Shown piece after piece: positions 1-9,170 of a DNA stretch of 64,000 nucleotides. This DNA is from a virus (lineage: Duplodnaviria > Caudoviricetes): IMG/VR virus record IMGVR_UViG_3300037067_007848, positions 1 to 64,000 of that record; one strand, given 5' to 3'. Every line of letters starts with the position of its first letter. The stretch's first letter is position 1. The notes beneath the pieces are model-generated. The model searched no databases. It was not told where the DNA came from and was given only the letters and a program-made list of their open reading frames with translations. Made by a program: the position numbers and the translations under genes.

Positions 1-2
1 AA

Positions 3-743
3 TCTGAAATTCGTAAACAAATTGCCGATAATATTGAAATTGATTGGTATTATATTAGTAAATATCAAAAACTTTCCGAAGATTTTATTCGAGAATTTAA
101 GGATAAAGTAAATTGGTATTATATTAGTTGTTTCCAAAAACTTTCCGAAGATTTTATTCGAGAATTTAAGGATAAAGTAAATTGGAGTTACATTAGTCAA
201 TATCAAAAACTTTCCGAAGATTTTATTCGAGAATTTCAGAATAAAGTCGATTGGTATAATATTAGTTATTCTCAAAAACTTTCCGAGGATTTTATTCGAG
301 AATTTCAGAATAAAGTCGATTGGTATTACATTAGTGAATATCAAAAACTTTCCGAAGATTTTATTCGAGAATTTCATCTTACCCCTCCAACAAATTCCTG
401 GCTATGCAAATTCGGAGACGAAAAACTACAAATTATCAAAGACTGTGGAAAATACGAGATTGACGGTGACTATGTAATTGCATATAAAAGCATTCGCCAA
501 GATAGATATAGTGTTTATAATTTCCAATATAAATACGAAGCCGGGCAAACATACGAAACTCACGCAGATTTTAATCAAAACAATGAAAATAGTTTTGGTT
601 TTAGTGCATGGACAGAAGAGGGGGCGGTATCTTATTATTCTGAGGGATTAATTGTTAAAGTCAAAATCCACAAAAACGATTTGGCAGCACTTGTACATGA
701 AAATGGAAAAATTCGATGTGAAAAAATTAGCATTTTGAATTAA
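3..743 (+). CDS. 5'-truncated tryptophan-repeat protein (23-aa WxxISxxQKLSEDFIREFxDKV units) with a C-terminal globular domain
   Basis: Open frame from position 3 to TAA at 741-743, not in the ORF track because the start lies outside the window; paralogous to 7148..8263. Confidence 0.85.
   Translation, partial: SEIRKQIADNIEIDWYYISKYQKLSEDFIREFKDKVNWYYISCFQKLSEDFIREFKDKVNWSYISQYQKLSEDFIREFQNKVDWYNISYSQKLSEDFIREFQNKVDWYYISEYQKLSEDFIREFHLTPPTNSWLCKFGDEKLQIIKDCGKYEIDGDYVIAYKSIRQDRYSVYNFQYKYEAGQTYETHADFNQNNENSFGFSAWTEEGAVSYYSEGLIVKVKIHKNDLAALVHENGKIRCEKISILN
42..377 (+). repeat. Coding tandem repeat, 69-bp unit, about 5 copies
   Basis: Trp codons at 45, 114, 183, 252 and 321; near-identical caaaaactttccga(a/g)gattttattcgagaattt core. 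Confidence 0.95.
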
Positions 744-771
744 TACAAATAAACACTAGGAAATAAAAAAA

Positions 772-1224
772 ATGAAAATTTACAAACTAATTATTTTGAC
801 TATTTTGGCTGTTTTACCCACTTTATGTTTTGGGCAAGATACCCCCACTAATGATGAACAGAAATTTTTACAAGAAGTAAATAAAGTTCGTCAATCATAT
901 GGCCTACATCCATTTGAACTTAGTGTGGATTTACTCAAAAAGACCCGCCAACATTGTGGGTGGATGGCCCGAAATCGCTCTATGACGCATAGTAGTTATC
1001 CACATGCCGAAAATATAGCAATGGGGCAAAGGGATATCGCCGCCGTTTTAAGATCATGGTTAAATTCCCCTGGGCATCGGGCTAATTTATTGGGCGGGTA
1101 TAAATATTTTGCCATGTCCCTAGAGCGAACAACTGGTGGAACGCCATATTGGTGTCAAATTTTTAGTGACGGACAATCAAATTCGAGTTATTCACCCAAT
1201 TATCACAGGGAGAGACGTAGATAA
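772..1224 (+). CDS. Secreted CAP/SCP-domain protein
   Basis: Signal peptide; VNKVRQ, MTHS, AENIAMG and WLNSPGHRANLL CAP motifs. Confidence 0.9.
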   Translation: MKIYKLIILTILAVLPTLCFGQDTPTNDEQKFLQEVNKVRQSYGLHPFELSVDLLKKTRQHCGWMARNRSMTHSSYPHAENIAMGQRDIAAVLRSWLNSPGHRANLLGGYKYFAMSLERTTGGTPYWCQIFSDGQSNSSYSPNYHRERRR

Positions 1225-1607
1225 TGTTTCGCCATATTCTATTTTTTGTATTTATCCTTCTTCCTTTTCAATGTTTTGCCGATGAAATTATAATTAAGAG
1301 TTTTACGGCAAATTGGTGTTCGGCTTGTCAAACAATGCACAAAAAAGTATGGGAAGATAAAGAAGTTGAAGATTTATTAAAGAAAAATGATATAAAGTTT
1401 GAGCTATTAAAATTTGAAGATAACCGCGAATTATTTTATAAATATAAGTGTAAGTCATTACCAACCACAATTATTATTAGTAAAAGTGATAAAGAAGAGG
1501 TTGAACTGTCTCGATTTGGATATAAATCCAAGCAAGATTTCTTAGAATTACTCAAAAAAACGCTTGACAAAACCAATAAAACGAATATAATAGAGGTGAA
1601 GAAATGA
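1224..1607 (+). CDS. Secreted thioredoxin-family protein
   Basis: Signal peptide; FTANWCSAC active site and LPT cis-Pro motif. Confidence 0.88.
   Translation: MFRHILFFVFILLPFQCFADEIIIKSFTANWCSACQTMHKKVWEDKEVEDLLKKNDIKFELLKFEDNRELFYKYKCKSLPTTIIISKSDKEEVELSRFGYKSKQDFLELLKKTLDKTNKTNIIEVKK
1564..1591 (+). promoter_or_regulatory. Sigma70-type promoter TTGACA-N16-TATAAT
   Basis: Perfect hexamers upstream of ORF 1604. Confidence 0.7.
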
Positions 1608-1795
1608 CAAGTATGCCACATGAATATCGAATTGGACAGACAAATAAAACGGCAGAAGAAAATATGATTTGCCCGCATTGTGGAATGGATAGTGGAATAC
1701 AAAATAATTTATCAATGACGATCCCAACTGAGGGTTTATATTGTGAAAAATGTGGCGGAATTGTAGTTTTACCAAGTATTACGACGATTAATTAA
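1604..1795 (+). CDS. Small zinc-ribbon protein
   Basis: CPHCG...CEKCG; GAGGTG RBS. Confidence 0.6.
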   Translation: MTSMPHEYRIGQTNKTAEENMICPHCGMDSGIQNNLSMTIPTEGLYCEKCGGIVVLPSITTIN

Positions 1796-1838
1796 AGATA
1801 TATATTAATGTCAATATTATTTTATAAAGGAAAATCAA

Positions 1839-2060
1839 ATGCCAAGATCAATTAGAAATGCAATGTCCAATGTGAGTAACGCCAGTAATGCTGTAGATAA
1901 TGCCGCCGATTGGGTTAGTATTATTGCGGAAAAGGTTAATGTTGTTGTAGATAAAATGATTGCCGACGGTGGTGTAGACTTAGAAATTAGTGGACCAATC
2001 AATATTTTTGGTAAAACCGTTGAATTAACGGGCAATGTTAAGATTAAATTTCCAGAATGA
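1839..2060 (+). CDS. Hypothetical protein
   Basis: ORF with AAGGA RBS in an operon. Confidence 0.6.
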   Translation: MPRSIRNAMSNVSNASNAVDNAADWVSIIAEKVNVVVDKMIADGGVDLEISGPINIFGKTVELTGNVKIKFPE

Positions 2061-2281
2061 AAATATTAGTAAAAAAAGACCCAACGTCTATTATTTATAG
2101 AACAACATGTTCAAAATGTTATAGTAAATTGGAATTCGATAGGAATGATATTGAAATAGGATTTTATCTGGAATATATAATCTGTCCAGTATGTAAAAGA
2201 CTTATAAGTAATTATCAATTTAGAAAAAAGAATATATTAGATAAAATAATTGAATATATATTTAATAAAAATAGGGAATAA
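2057..2281 (+). CDS. Small zinc-ribbon protein
   Basis: CSKC...CPVC. Confidence 0.6.
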   Translation: MKILVKKDPTSIIYRTTCSKCYSKLEFDRNDIEIGFYLEYIICPVCKRLISNYQFRKKNILDKIIEYIFNKNRE

Positions 2282-2283
2282 AT

Positions 2284-2733
2284 ATGTCGGCAAAAGAAGA
2301 AACATATAAACATATTTTAACTGTTCAAAAAAATATTAATAAAATTATTGATGAATTATTAATTCGGTCAAATCAACATGATAGTCCTAAGTTAGAATCT
2401 CCAGAAGTTGAAATATTTGAAGAATATACATCAAAATTGGCAAGATTAACATATGGGTCAAAAGAATATAATGAACAATTAAAGGAAATTGAACCTGCAT
2501 TAATTCACCATTATGCCAATACAAGACATCATCCAGAGGGATTTTTAGATGGTATAAAAGACATGAATCTTGTTGATATCTTAGAGATGATATGTGATTG
2601 GTTTGCTGCAACAAAAAGGCATAATAATGGAAATATACGTAAATCAATAGCAATAAATCAACAAAGATTTGGGTATTCCGACGAATTAAAACAAATATTT
2701 TATAATACTGTTGAATTTTTAGAGGGAAAATAA
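2284..2733 (+). CDS. HD-like phage protein (DUF5662-like)
   Basis: HDSPK, HHYANTRHHPE and EMICDW motifs. Confidence 0.75.
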   Translation: MSAKEETYKHILTVQKNINKIIDELLIRSNQHDSPKLESPEVEIFEEYTSKLARLTYGSKEYNEQLKEIEPALIHHYANTRHHPEGFLDGIKDMNLVDILEMICDWFAATKRHNNGNIRKSIAINQQRFGYSDELKQIFYNTVEFLEGK

Positions 2734-2734
2734 A

Positions 2735-3121
2735 TTGAAGGTTATAATTACTGGATCACGTGATGTTTTTGATTTTACAATTTTACAATCCGCCATTAAA
2801 GAGTCGGAATTTGAAATCACAGAGGTGGTTTGTGGTGACTCTCCAGGGATGGATAAATGCGGCGAATGTTGGGCAAAACAAAAAGATATTCCCGTAAAAC
2901 ATTTTCCAATCGAATGGGGTGATTTAAATGTTCCAAACGCATTAATTAGGGAAAATTCAAAAGGAAAGTATAATGCAAGGGCTGGATTTGATAAAAATGT
3001 ATTAATGGCTAAATACGCCGATGCTGCAATAGTTATTATTGATGGGGACGATAAAGGTTCTTTACATATAATTGAGCAAATGGAAAATTTGGAAAAACCA
3101 GTATATATATGGGAAGTTTAA
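2735..3121 (+). CDS. SLOG/YspA-like (DUF2493) protein
   Basis: KVIITGSRD, VVCGDSPGMD, KGSLH; TTG start. Confidence 0.8.
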   Translation: MKVIITGSRDVFDFTILQSAIKESEFEITEVVCGDSPGMDKCGECWAKQKDIPVKHFPIEWGDLNVPNALIRENSKGKYNARAGFDKNVLMAKYADAAIVIIDGDDKGSLHIIEQMENLEKPVYIWEV

Positions 3122-3278
3122 CAAAAGAAGACATACAAATAAATATTGATATTACGATTCCAGTAAACGTATTATCGAAAAAAGGTAAATTTTTGGCATA
3201 CGAAAGTATAGAAAAAGTCATTAAAATTTTTGGGGATGAGTTGAAAGAAAAAATTATTAATTTATTAAAGGATGTAGA

Positions 3279-3503
3279 ATGAGCGAGTTTGTTAGTGTGA
3301 AATTGGCCTATTGCGAATCAAAACCTGGGGTAAATTACCAAGTTTTATCCAATGGATTTGATAGTGTCACCATTAAGTGTAAAGGTCGCCCACTATGTAT
3401 TCCCAAGGGATATATTACCTCTCCAACATTTGCAAATCGTGAAGAGTACGAACCATCTTATGAAGACATTGTGGCCAAAGAAATGTCCGATCTGGGGATT
3501 TAA
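3279..3503 (+). CDS. Hypothetical protein
   Basis: ORF with RBS. Confidence 0.55.
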   Translation: MSEFVSVKLAYCESKPGVNYQVLSNGFDSVTIKCKGRPLCIPKGYITSPTFANREEYEPSYEDIVAKEMSDLGI

Positions 3504-3516
3504 AAAACACTGCAAT

Positions 3517-3530
3517 GGTGTATAATATAT
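3517..3530 (+). promoter_or_regulatory. Candidate phage-specific promoter motif GGTGTATA
   Basis: Intergenic, upstream of ORF 3559; same motif at 19453. Confidence 0.4.
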
Positions 3531-3558
3531 AGACGAAATATTAAAAAGGAGATAATTT

Positions 3559-4329
3559 ATGTTTAGGTCATTTTTACTTACTCTATGCTTATTAATTCCT
3601 ACGATTGGCCTACGTGCCGAGCCAAAAGCCGTAATTGAGGCGAAGCCAACTGCTATTATTGGCGAATCAGTATGGCTTAAAACAAATAATTCTATTGGAA
3701 AGACATTTCAATGGAAGGTCTTGCCACCATCCGAAGAATCATCATTTACTATTTTGCCCATTTTCGGTGGAATGGATGATAAAGGGGCACCAATTGTAAC
3801 GTATTGGTCTCATTATTCATCTATGAAATCAGGGACGATTTATTTCGTTTTAGTGGCAACCGAGGGAGATAAATCTGACGTTGTAACACATACACTTATT
3901 TATGGTGGGGGGGCACCAAATCCCACTCCAGACGTAGTAATCCCCGACGTTGAACAACCAACCAGCGATATAATTAGTATAGTCAGCCCAATTACACCTA
4001 TATTAGTGGGCGAAAAACCCCAATTAAAGAAAGATATTGCGGCTTTAGTGGGATTTTATCTTGAAATGGCCGATACTATTCAACGGGATAAAGATGCCCA
4101 AACAATTAAGAATACCGATGCCCTACGAAAAACTAATGTAAATGCGGGTAATTTGGCATTTCAAAATACAGGAATTAAAAACCGATATCCTGGGCTTGGT
4201 AAGGCTATTGATAAGTCAATTGCTGATAAACTTGGGCTTGATATTGTTGAGTTGACTGGGCAAAAACGGACGGATGCAATTACAATTTTCAAGGGAATAG
4301 CCTGGGCAGTTAAACAGGCAGATAAATAG
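3559..4329 (+). CDS. Secreted protein (beta-rich N-domain, Pro linker, helical C-domain)
   Basis: Signal peptide, PNPTPD linker, AGGAG RBS. Confidence 0.7.
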   Translation: MFRSFLLTLCLLIPTIGLRAEPKAVIEAKPTAIIGESVWLKTNNSIGKTFQWKVLPPSEESSFTILPIFGGMDDKGAPIVTYWSHYSSMKSGTIYFVLVATEGDKSDVVTHTLIYGGGAPNPTPDVVIPDVEQPTSDIISIVSPITPILVGEKPQLKKDIAALVGFYLEMADTIQRDKDAQTIKNTDALRKTNVNAGNLAFQNTGIKNRYPGLGKAIDKSIADKLGLDIVELTGQKRTDAITIFKGIAWAVKQADK

Positions 4330-4370
4330 ATTAATAGATCGTTAGATAAATAAGGAAAATAGAGGTAACT

Positions 4371-5321
4371 ATGAATTTAGATAATTATTTTTTCGGATAT
4401 ATTCCAGATCCTGAAGGCACAGCCAAGTTTTGTGATTCATTGACGAAAATCGGGCATGAACCAGACGGTAAAGTTTTGGCCGATAGATTGTTCGACGATG
4501 AAAAGAAAACTGTTATTCTTCCACAATATCTAAAAATGGCTTTTCCAAATTGGAAGTCATACAGCCAAGAAATTGGAAGTTGTGTGGGCTTTTCATCTAC
4601 CCACAATATTGATGAATTAATGGCTGTTCAAATATTCTTCAATAATCTTCCAGAACAGGCCGAATATTTATGTTCTGTAGAATCCCTTTATGGATTTATG
4701 CGGGTTGAATTATTTGGCAAACCTGACTATAGTAGTGGTGGGTCTTACGGGGCTGCGGCTGCAAAGGCAATTATGAAGTTTGGTTCATTACATCGCAAAA
4801 AATACAATTTTGGGGATGGGTATGACCTAACCACCTATTCGGGTGATAGATGTTATAAATGGGGACGGACAGGAGTTCCAGACGAATTAGAAGAAATTGC
4901 CCGCGAACATTTAGTACAAACCACAACCCAAATTAAAGATTTTGATACTGCGGCCAAATTTATTATGAACGGTTATTCAATTATAAATACACATGGGCGT
5001 AATCCGACTTTTGTGGGTGAACGAGATTCCGAGGGGTTCTCGACAAAAAGGGGTACAACGGGTTATGCCCATGCTATGAATTATGTTGGTGTGCGTTTTG
5101 GTTCTCGCCCTGGCCTATTAAAGGTAAATAGTGGGTGGCCCCAAACCGTAACCGGCCCAATGGGCGAATATGATTTTTCAATTGTAGAGGATTGTGGTTG
5201 GTGGGAGGACGCAGAAACATGCAATAAAGTTTTTGACGGCGATGATAGTTTTGCGTATTCTCAATATAACGGGTTTAAGAAACAAAAATTGGATGATTAT
5301 GGCACCTCAACTTTTCTATAA
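4371..5321 (+). CDS. Papain-like cysteine peptidase (C1A-like)
   Basis: QEIGSCVG (oxyanion Q, catalytic C), AHAM (H), NSGW (N). Confidence 0.85.
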   Translation: MNLDNYFFGYIPDPEGTAKFCDSLTKIGHEPDGKVLADRLFDDEKKTVILPQYLKMAFPNWKSYSQEIGSCVGFSSTHNIDELMAVQIFFNNLPEQAEYLCSVESLYGFMRVELFGKPDYSSGGSYGAAAAKAIMKFGSLHRKKYNFGDGYDLTTYSGDRCYKWGRTGVPDELEEIAREHLVQTTTQIKDFDTAAKFIMNGYSIINTHGRNPTFVGERDSEGFSTKRGTTGYAHAMNYVGVRFGSRPGLLKVNSGWPQTVTGPMGEYDFSIVEDCGWWEDAETCNKVFDGDDSFAYSQYNGFKKQKLDDYGTSTFL

Positions 5322-5583
5322 AATAATACTTTTGTGTAGTATTTTCTTAGGAATATTAGCCTTTGCCCAAAATGCCGAGGCTGGAAGATGGCGTTCGTTA
5401 ATTGCGGTAAGTGCGGCACAAACAATATTAAACCCCAAAATACAAACGCCCAATGAAATTATTGCCCAATCTATTCCTTCTCAAAATGTTAAAGAAATAG
5501 AAGAAAAGACTGAAACGGTTCAACCGACGCCAACTGTTAATCAGCCTCAACAACGATATTCCAGGCGTTTATTCAGGAGATAA
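5299..5583 (+). CDS. Secreted hypothetical protein with C-terminal RRLFRR
   Basis: Signal peptide after the Met at 5299, a more likely start than 5194. Confidence 0.55.
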   Translation: MAPQLFYKIILLCSIFLGILAFAQNAEAGRWRSLIAVSAAQTILNPKIQTPNEIIAQSIPSQNVKEIEEKTETVQPTPTVNQPQQRYSRRLFRR

Positions 5584-5586
5584 AAT

Positions 5587-5931
5587 ATGAAAGCCCGTAC
5601 ACAATTTACATCATCTTTACGAACTGGTGCCCGATTAGCCCTTTTTACAGGGAAAATAAAACTTAGTGATTGGTTCCGCGTTCAGGGAGTTTTGCTAAAC
5701 TCAAAACGTAAAACGTCCGAAGGAACAGAGGTCGATATTATTCAAGAGGTAGCCGAACATTGTTTAGACGTTGGCAAAGCTGACAGTAAGATTTCAGCCG
5801 AAATTACTATTGAATCAGAAGCTACAGCCGTTGACTGGACCGCTATTACCACTTGGATTAAGGAAAATATGGCTAGCGTTATGGCTTTTATTGCCGAAAT
5901 TCTTGCTCTTTTCGAGAAAAAATCTGATTAA
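5587..5931 (+). CDS. Hypothetical protein
   Basis: AGGAG RBS; amphipathic C-terminus. Confidence 0.65.
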   Translation: MKARTQFTSSLRTGARLALFTGKIKLSDWFRVQGVLLNSKRKTSEGTEVDIIQEVAEHCLDVGKADSKISAEITIESEATAVDWTAITTWIKENMASVMAFIAEILALFEKKSD

Positions 5932-5936
5932 ACTGC

Positions 5937-5964
5937 TTGACAAATGTCGATGATAAGGTATAAT
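5937..5964 (+). promoter_or_regulatory. Sigma70-type promoter TTGACA-N16-TATAAT
   Basis: Perfect hexamers upstream of ORF 5982. Confidence 0.8.
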
Positions 5965-5981
5965 AACATTAAAGGAAACCT

Positions 5982-6182
5982 ATGAGATATATTGTAGAAA
6001 AGGTCACATTCGATAAAACCCACCCAATTTGGGCAAATCAGGACGGATTTTTCATTAAGGATTTACATAATGGGCGATTAAGTTGGTCGTACTGGACCAA
6101 AATAGAATTGGCACAACAAATATGTCATAATAAAAACATAAACGATGGCAAAACCTTCTCCCAAATATATTCAAACACATAA
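5982..6182 (+). CDS. Hypothetical protein
   Basis: Promoter and AAGGA RBS. Confidence 0.6.
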   Translation: MRYIVEKVTFDKTHPIWANQDGFFIKDLHNGRLSWSYWTKIELAQQICHNKNINDGKTFSQIYSNT

Positions 6183-6282
6183 TATTACAATTACACATCC
6201 GAAAATTGTTGCTCAGTGGCACCTAACATTAAACGGATGTGATAAACCAGAGTATTATACGGCAAGCAGTAAACATAATTAA
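6145..6282 (+). pseudogene. Remnant of a zinc-ribbon-repeat (DUF4379-like) endonuclease gene
   Basis: 45-aa ORF containing NITITHPKIVAQWHLTLNGCDKPEYYTASS, matching the N-terminus of ORF 52478 (NITITHPEVAEQWDGEKNGDEKPEYYTKGS). Confidence 0.7.
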
Positions 6283-6409
6283 TTATTTAGAGATACCATA
6301 CTATCATATTGGTAAAATAGATATATTAATTAAAAACAAGATAGATACAACAGTTTCTTATATGTGTTCTGTTAACAAATTGTAGCAAGAAAAAACAAGG
6401 AATAAATAT

Positions 6410-6628
6410 ATGAAAAATGACAAGGGTAGAATATATTTTGGATGTGTCGCTATGAATGATATGGAAATATTTAATAGCCTACCTAAAGCAGGAAGGATTA
6501 ATAGTGATAAGATTATTATTCCTATTGCATCAATAGACGTAATAGATTCAGATACAAGTATTAAAGAGGCCATTGATACAATTCAAAATAATATTTATGA
6601 TTGTTTTAAATTCTCAGGTGAAGACTGA
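6410..6628 (+). CDS. Hypothetical protein
   Basis: ORF with RBS. Confidence 0.5.
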   Translation: MKNDKGRIYFGCVAMNDMEIFNSLPKAGRINSDKIIIPIASIDVIDSDTSIKEAIDTIQNNIYDCFKFSGED

Positions 6629-6893
6629 GTAAATAATTAAAAATAAGGAATAAACGAATGGATTATTTAGAAATAATTAATAAAATATTAAATTCTTGGG
6701 ATTTAAATAATAGTATAACCGATATTGGTATTTTAGACGACGTTAGAAATGCAATGATTGAGGCATATAATGAAGGATTGTCTAATGTGAGAGCATGTAT
6801 TGCACAAAATTCCCCTTATGGCGAGTAGTGACATTGGATTTTATCCCTATTTGCCATTTTACGTAATTTTATCTCTTATATAAGGAATTAATT

Positions 6894-7136
6894 ATGCTAT
6901 TCCGTTGTGAGAGCATGGATTGTACAACAAAGCAAGCGGAATTATTACGGAAATGTATTGAGGAAGACAAATATTATTTATCGGAAAAAGCGGGACATGA
7001 TGTTGGGTGGGATTTTGCCGAACAACATTTTATTAAAACTTATTTTGCGGGATTTGCCATAGCTTGGCGTGTAGTGTATTGTTCACAAGTTTGTCAATAT
7101 AGAAGTGGATGTTATTTAGGACAAAAATATTTATAA
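6894..7136 (+). CDS. DUF4032-like protein
   Basis: IEEDKYYLSEKAGHDVGWDFA motif. Confidence 0.6.
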   Translation: MLFRCESMDCTTKQAELLRKCIEEDKYYLSEKAGHDVGWDFAEQHFIKTYFAGFAIAWRVVYCSQVCQYRSGCYLGQKYL

Positions 7137-7147
7137 AGGAAAATTAA

Positions 7148-8263
7148 ATGAGAAAATTAACAAATGGCGAAATTGAACTAATTAGGAAGTATCCTAATCA
7201 AGTAGACTGGGATGAAATTACTTATAAAATACTTTCAGAAAATTTTATTCGAGAATTTAGAAATCATTTTAATTTAGGATTATTATTATTGTGGCAAGAT
7301 TTTTCAGAAGATTTTATAATAGAATTATCTAATGGAATTTCTAAAGAAGAAGAAAAAGATTTTTGGAAGATGATTACTACTCATCAAAAAATTTCTGAGA
7401 ATTTTATAGAAAAACACCAAGATAAATTATATTGGAAGGAAATTTCTTACAGTCAAAAATTATCTGAATCTTTTATTAGAAAATTTAAAGATAAAATTCA
7501 TTTTGACAAATTATATATAAAAGAAAATATTTCTGAAGATTTTATATTAGAATTTCAAAATAAATTAGATTGGTTTAATGTCAGTATGCGTAAAAATTTA
7601 TCAGAAAGTTTTATATCTATATTTGCCGATAAATTACAATGGTGTGTATTAAATTTTGGGCATTTGTTTTCTATTGGATTTATTGAAAAATTTAAGAATA
7701 AAATAGAATGGGAGACACTTAGTTCAACTTATATTTTATCGGAGGATTTTATTAGAAAATATCAGAATTATGTTTGTTGGGAATATATTAGCCAATATCA
7801 AAAACTTTCTGAGGATTTTATAAGAGAATTTAAAGGCAAGGTATTTTGGACTAATATTTGTAAATATCAAAAATTATCATTTGAATTTATTAAAGAATTT
7901 GGCCTTGTCGTAGATAATAAATCTTGGATATATAAATCCGGGGATGAAAAACTAAAAATTATTAAAAAGGACACAAAATGCGAAATTAACGGCGATTATA
8001 TTATAGCATATAAACAAGTCGGATTAAATCGTTATGCTAATTGGAATGTTTTATATAATATTGGGAATATTATTGAAGGAAATTCTGGGCATAATATAGA
8101 AAGAAATTCGATGTTTGGGCTTGACGCATACCCAAATATAGAAGATATTAGAGAAATTGATGTAAATAGTCAAATAATTAAAGTAAAAATACATAAAAAT
8201 GATTTACGAGGGCAGAATTGTGACAGTGGAATTTTTTGCACAAAAATGACTGTTTTAACATAA
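7148..8263 (+). CDS. Tryptophan-repeat protein, paralogue of 3..743
   Basis: About 10 degenerate W..IS..QKLSE.FI..F units; same C-terminal GDYIIAYK domain. Confidence 0.85.
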   Translation: MRKLTNGEIELIRKYPNQVDWDEITYKILSENFIREFRNHFNLGLLLLWQDFSEDFIIELSNGISKEEEKDFWKMITTHQKISENFIEKHQDKLYWKEISYSQKLSESFIRKFKDKIHFDKLYIKENISEDFILEFQNKLDWFNVSMRKNLSESFISIFADKLQWCVLNFGHLFSIGFIEKFKNKIEWETLSSTYILSEDFIRKYQNYVCWEYISQYQKLSEDFIREFKGKVFWTNICKYQKLSFEFIKEFGLVVDNKSWIYKSGDEKLKIIKKDTKCEINGDYIIAYKQVGLNRYANWNVLYNIGNIIEGNSGHNIERNSMFGLDAYPNIEDIREIDVNSQIIKVKIHKNDLRGQNCDSGIFCTKMTVLT

Positions 8264-8276
8264 TTAAATAAAACAA

Positions 8277-8495
8277 ACCTTTGGCTTAATGTAGGAGCCT
8301 TGAGACGGGTATATAAATAATTCGGCAATAGCCAGAATGTCTCAAAAGTATTTTGAAAAAATCTATAAATTATAATGTTGTACAAAATATTAAATAAATA
8401 TATTTGGAGAGTATAATGGAGGATTTCTTAGAATATACATTCTTTACGAATACTACATGTTAGGGAGAGTTTACACCATATCAACTAATATTCTC
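8277..8495 (+). ncRNA. Orphan copy of the TnpB-associated omega/tracr-like RNA scaffold with a putative fused guide
   Basis: Collinear similarity to 14186-14370 (tgtagg.gccttg.gacggg, tgtc.caaaagtattttgaaaaaa, aatgttgta, gagagt, ggagg.tttcttagaa) with compensatory stem changes. Confidence 0.75.
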
Positions 8496-8522
8496 TCGTA
8501 TTTTTATAAAAGGAATATCCCT

Positions 8523-8768
8523 ATGAAATTTGAAGATTTAGGATGTATTTTACACTCCAAATGGGTTCCTAGCATTAAATGTTCAAATATTATTATTGGA
8601 ATTTGGGCTGAAGATAATGCTGAATATCAAATAGACGTACAATCTCAACTAAGAGATCAGGTTATATACATACAAAATTGTTTGTACACCTTGTATCAAA
8701 ATTTTAATACCCAAAAACACAATCTAAATATTATAAAGAATAGAATTAATGACATATTTTCAATTTGA
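8523..8768 (+). CDS. Hypothetical protein
   Basis: AAGGA RBS before the ATG at 8523. Confidence 0.55.
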   Translation: MKFEDLGCILHSKWVPSIKCSNIIIGIWAEDNAEYQIDVQSQLRDQVIYIQNCLYTLYQNFNTQKHNLNIIKNRINDIFSI

Positions 8769-8982
8769 TACATATAAAAAAGACGATCAATTAGAAATTA
8801 CGCCCATTGAAGAAAAAGAGGCTGGCAATACACCTTATGAAATTACCGAAAAAATAACAATTCTTCAACTTTATGACCAGGAAAATGGTAAAATATTGAG
8901 ATTTCTATCAAATTCACGATTGGTTATAGATAGTTTTTTGGACGGTTTTCAGACTAGACAAAAAGCGGAGATAATGCTATAA
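8749..8982 (+). CDS. Hypothetical protein
   Basis: Operon ORF. Confidence 0.5.
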   Translation: MTYFQFDTYKKDDQLEITPIEEKEAGNTPYEITEKITILQLYDQENGKILRFLSNSRLVIDSFLDGFQTRQKAEIML

Positions 8983-9170
8983 TGAACTGGTTGAAAAAAC
9001 AGGCCGAAGTGGCTAAAATAGCATGGACAATCATTGTGATACTTGCTAGTTTATTTGGTTATCAAATTACTCTTAAACCTACAAGTGAACCAATCGAACA
9101 ACGCCTTTCTATTATTTCTCAACAACTAGATAGACTAAACAATCAAATCAATGCCATTAAACCCAACTGA
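8982..9170 (+). CDS. Small membrane protein
   Basis: One TM helix plus a coiled coil. Confidence 0.55.
   Translation: MNWLKKQAEVAKIAWTIIVILASLFGYQITLKPTSEPIEQRLSIISQQLDRLNNQINAIKPN

Noticed and set aside
42-377. 69-bp repeats as a CRISPR array or DGR template/variable pair
   Set aside because: In-frame coding repeats without unique spacers; changes are not adenine-specific; no reverse transcriptase in the window
8457-8522. N-terminal extension of ORF 8457..8768
   Set aside because: Overlaps the RNA scaffold and guide; the RBS supports the ATG at 8523
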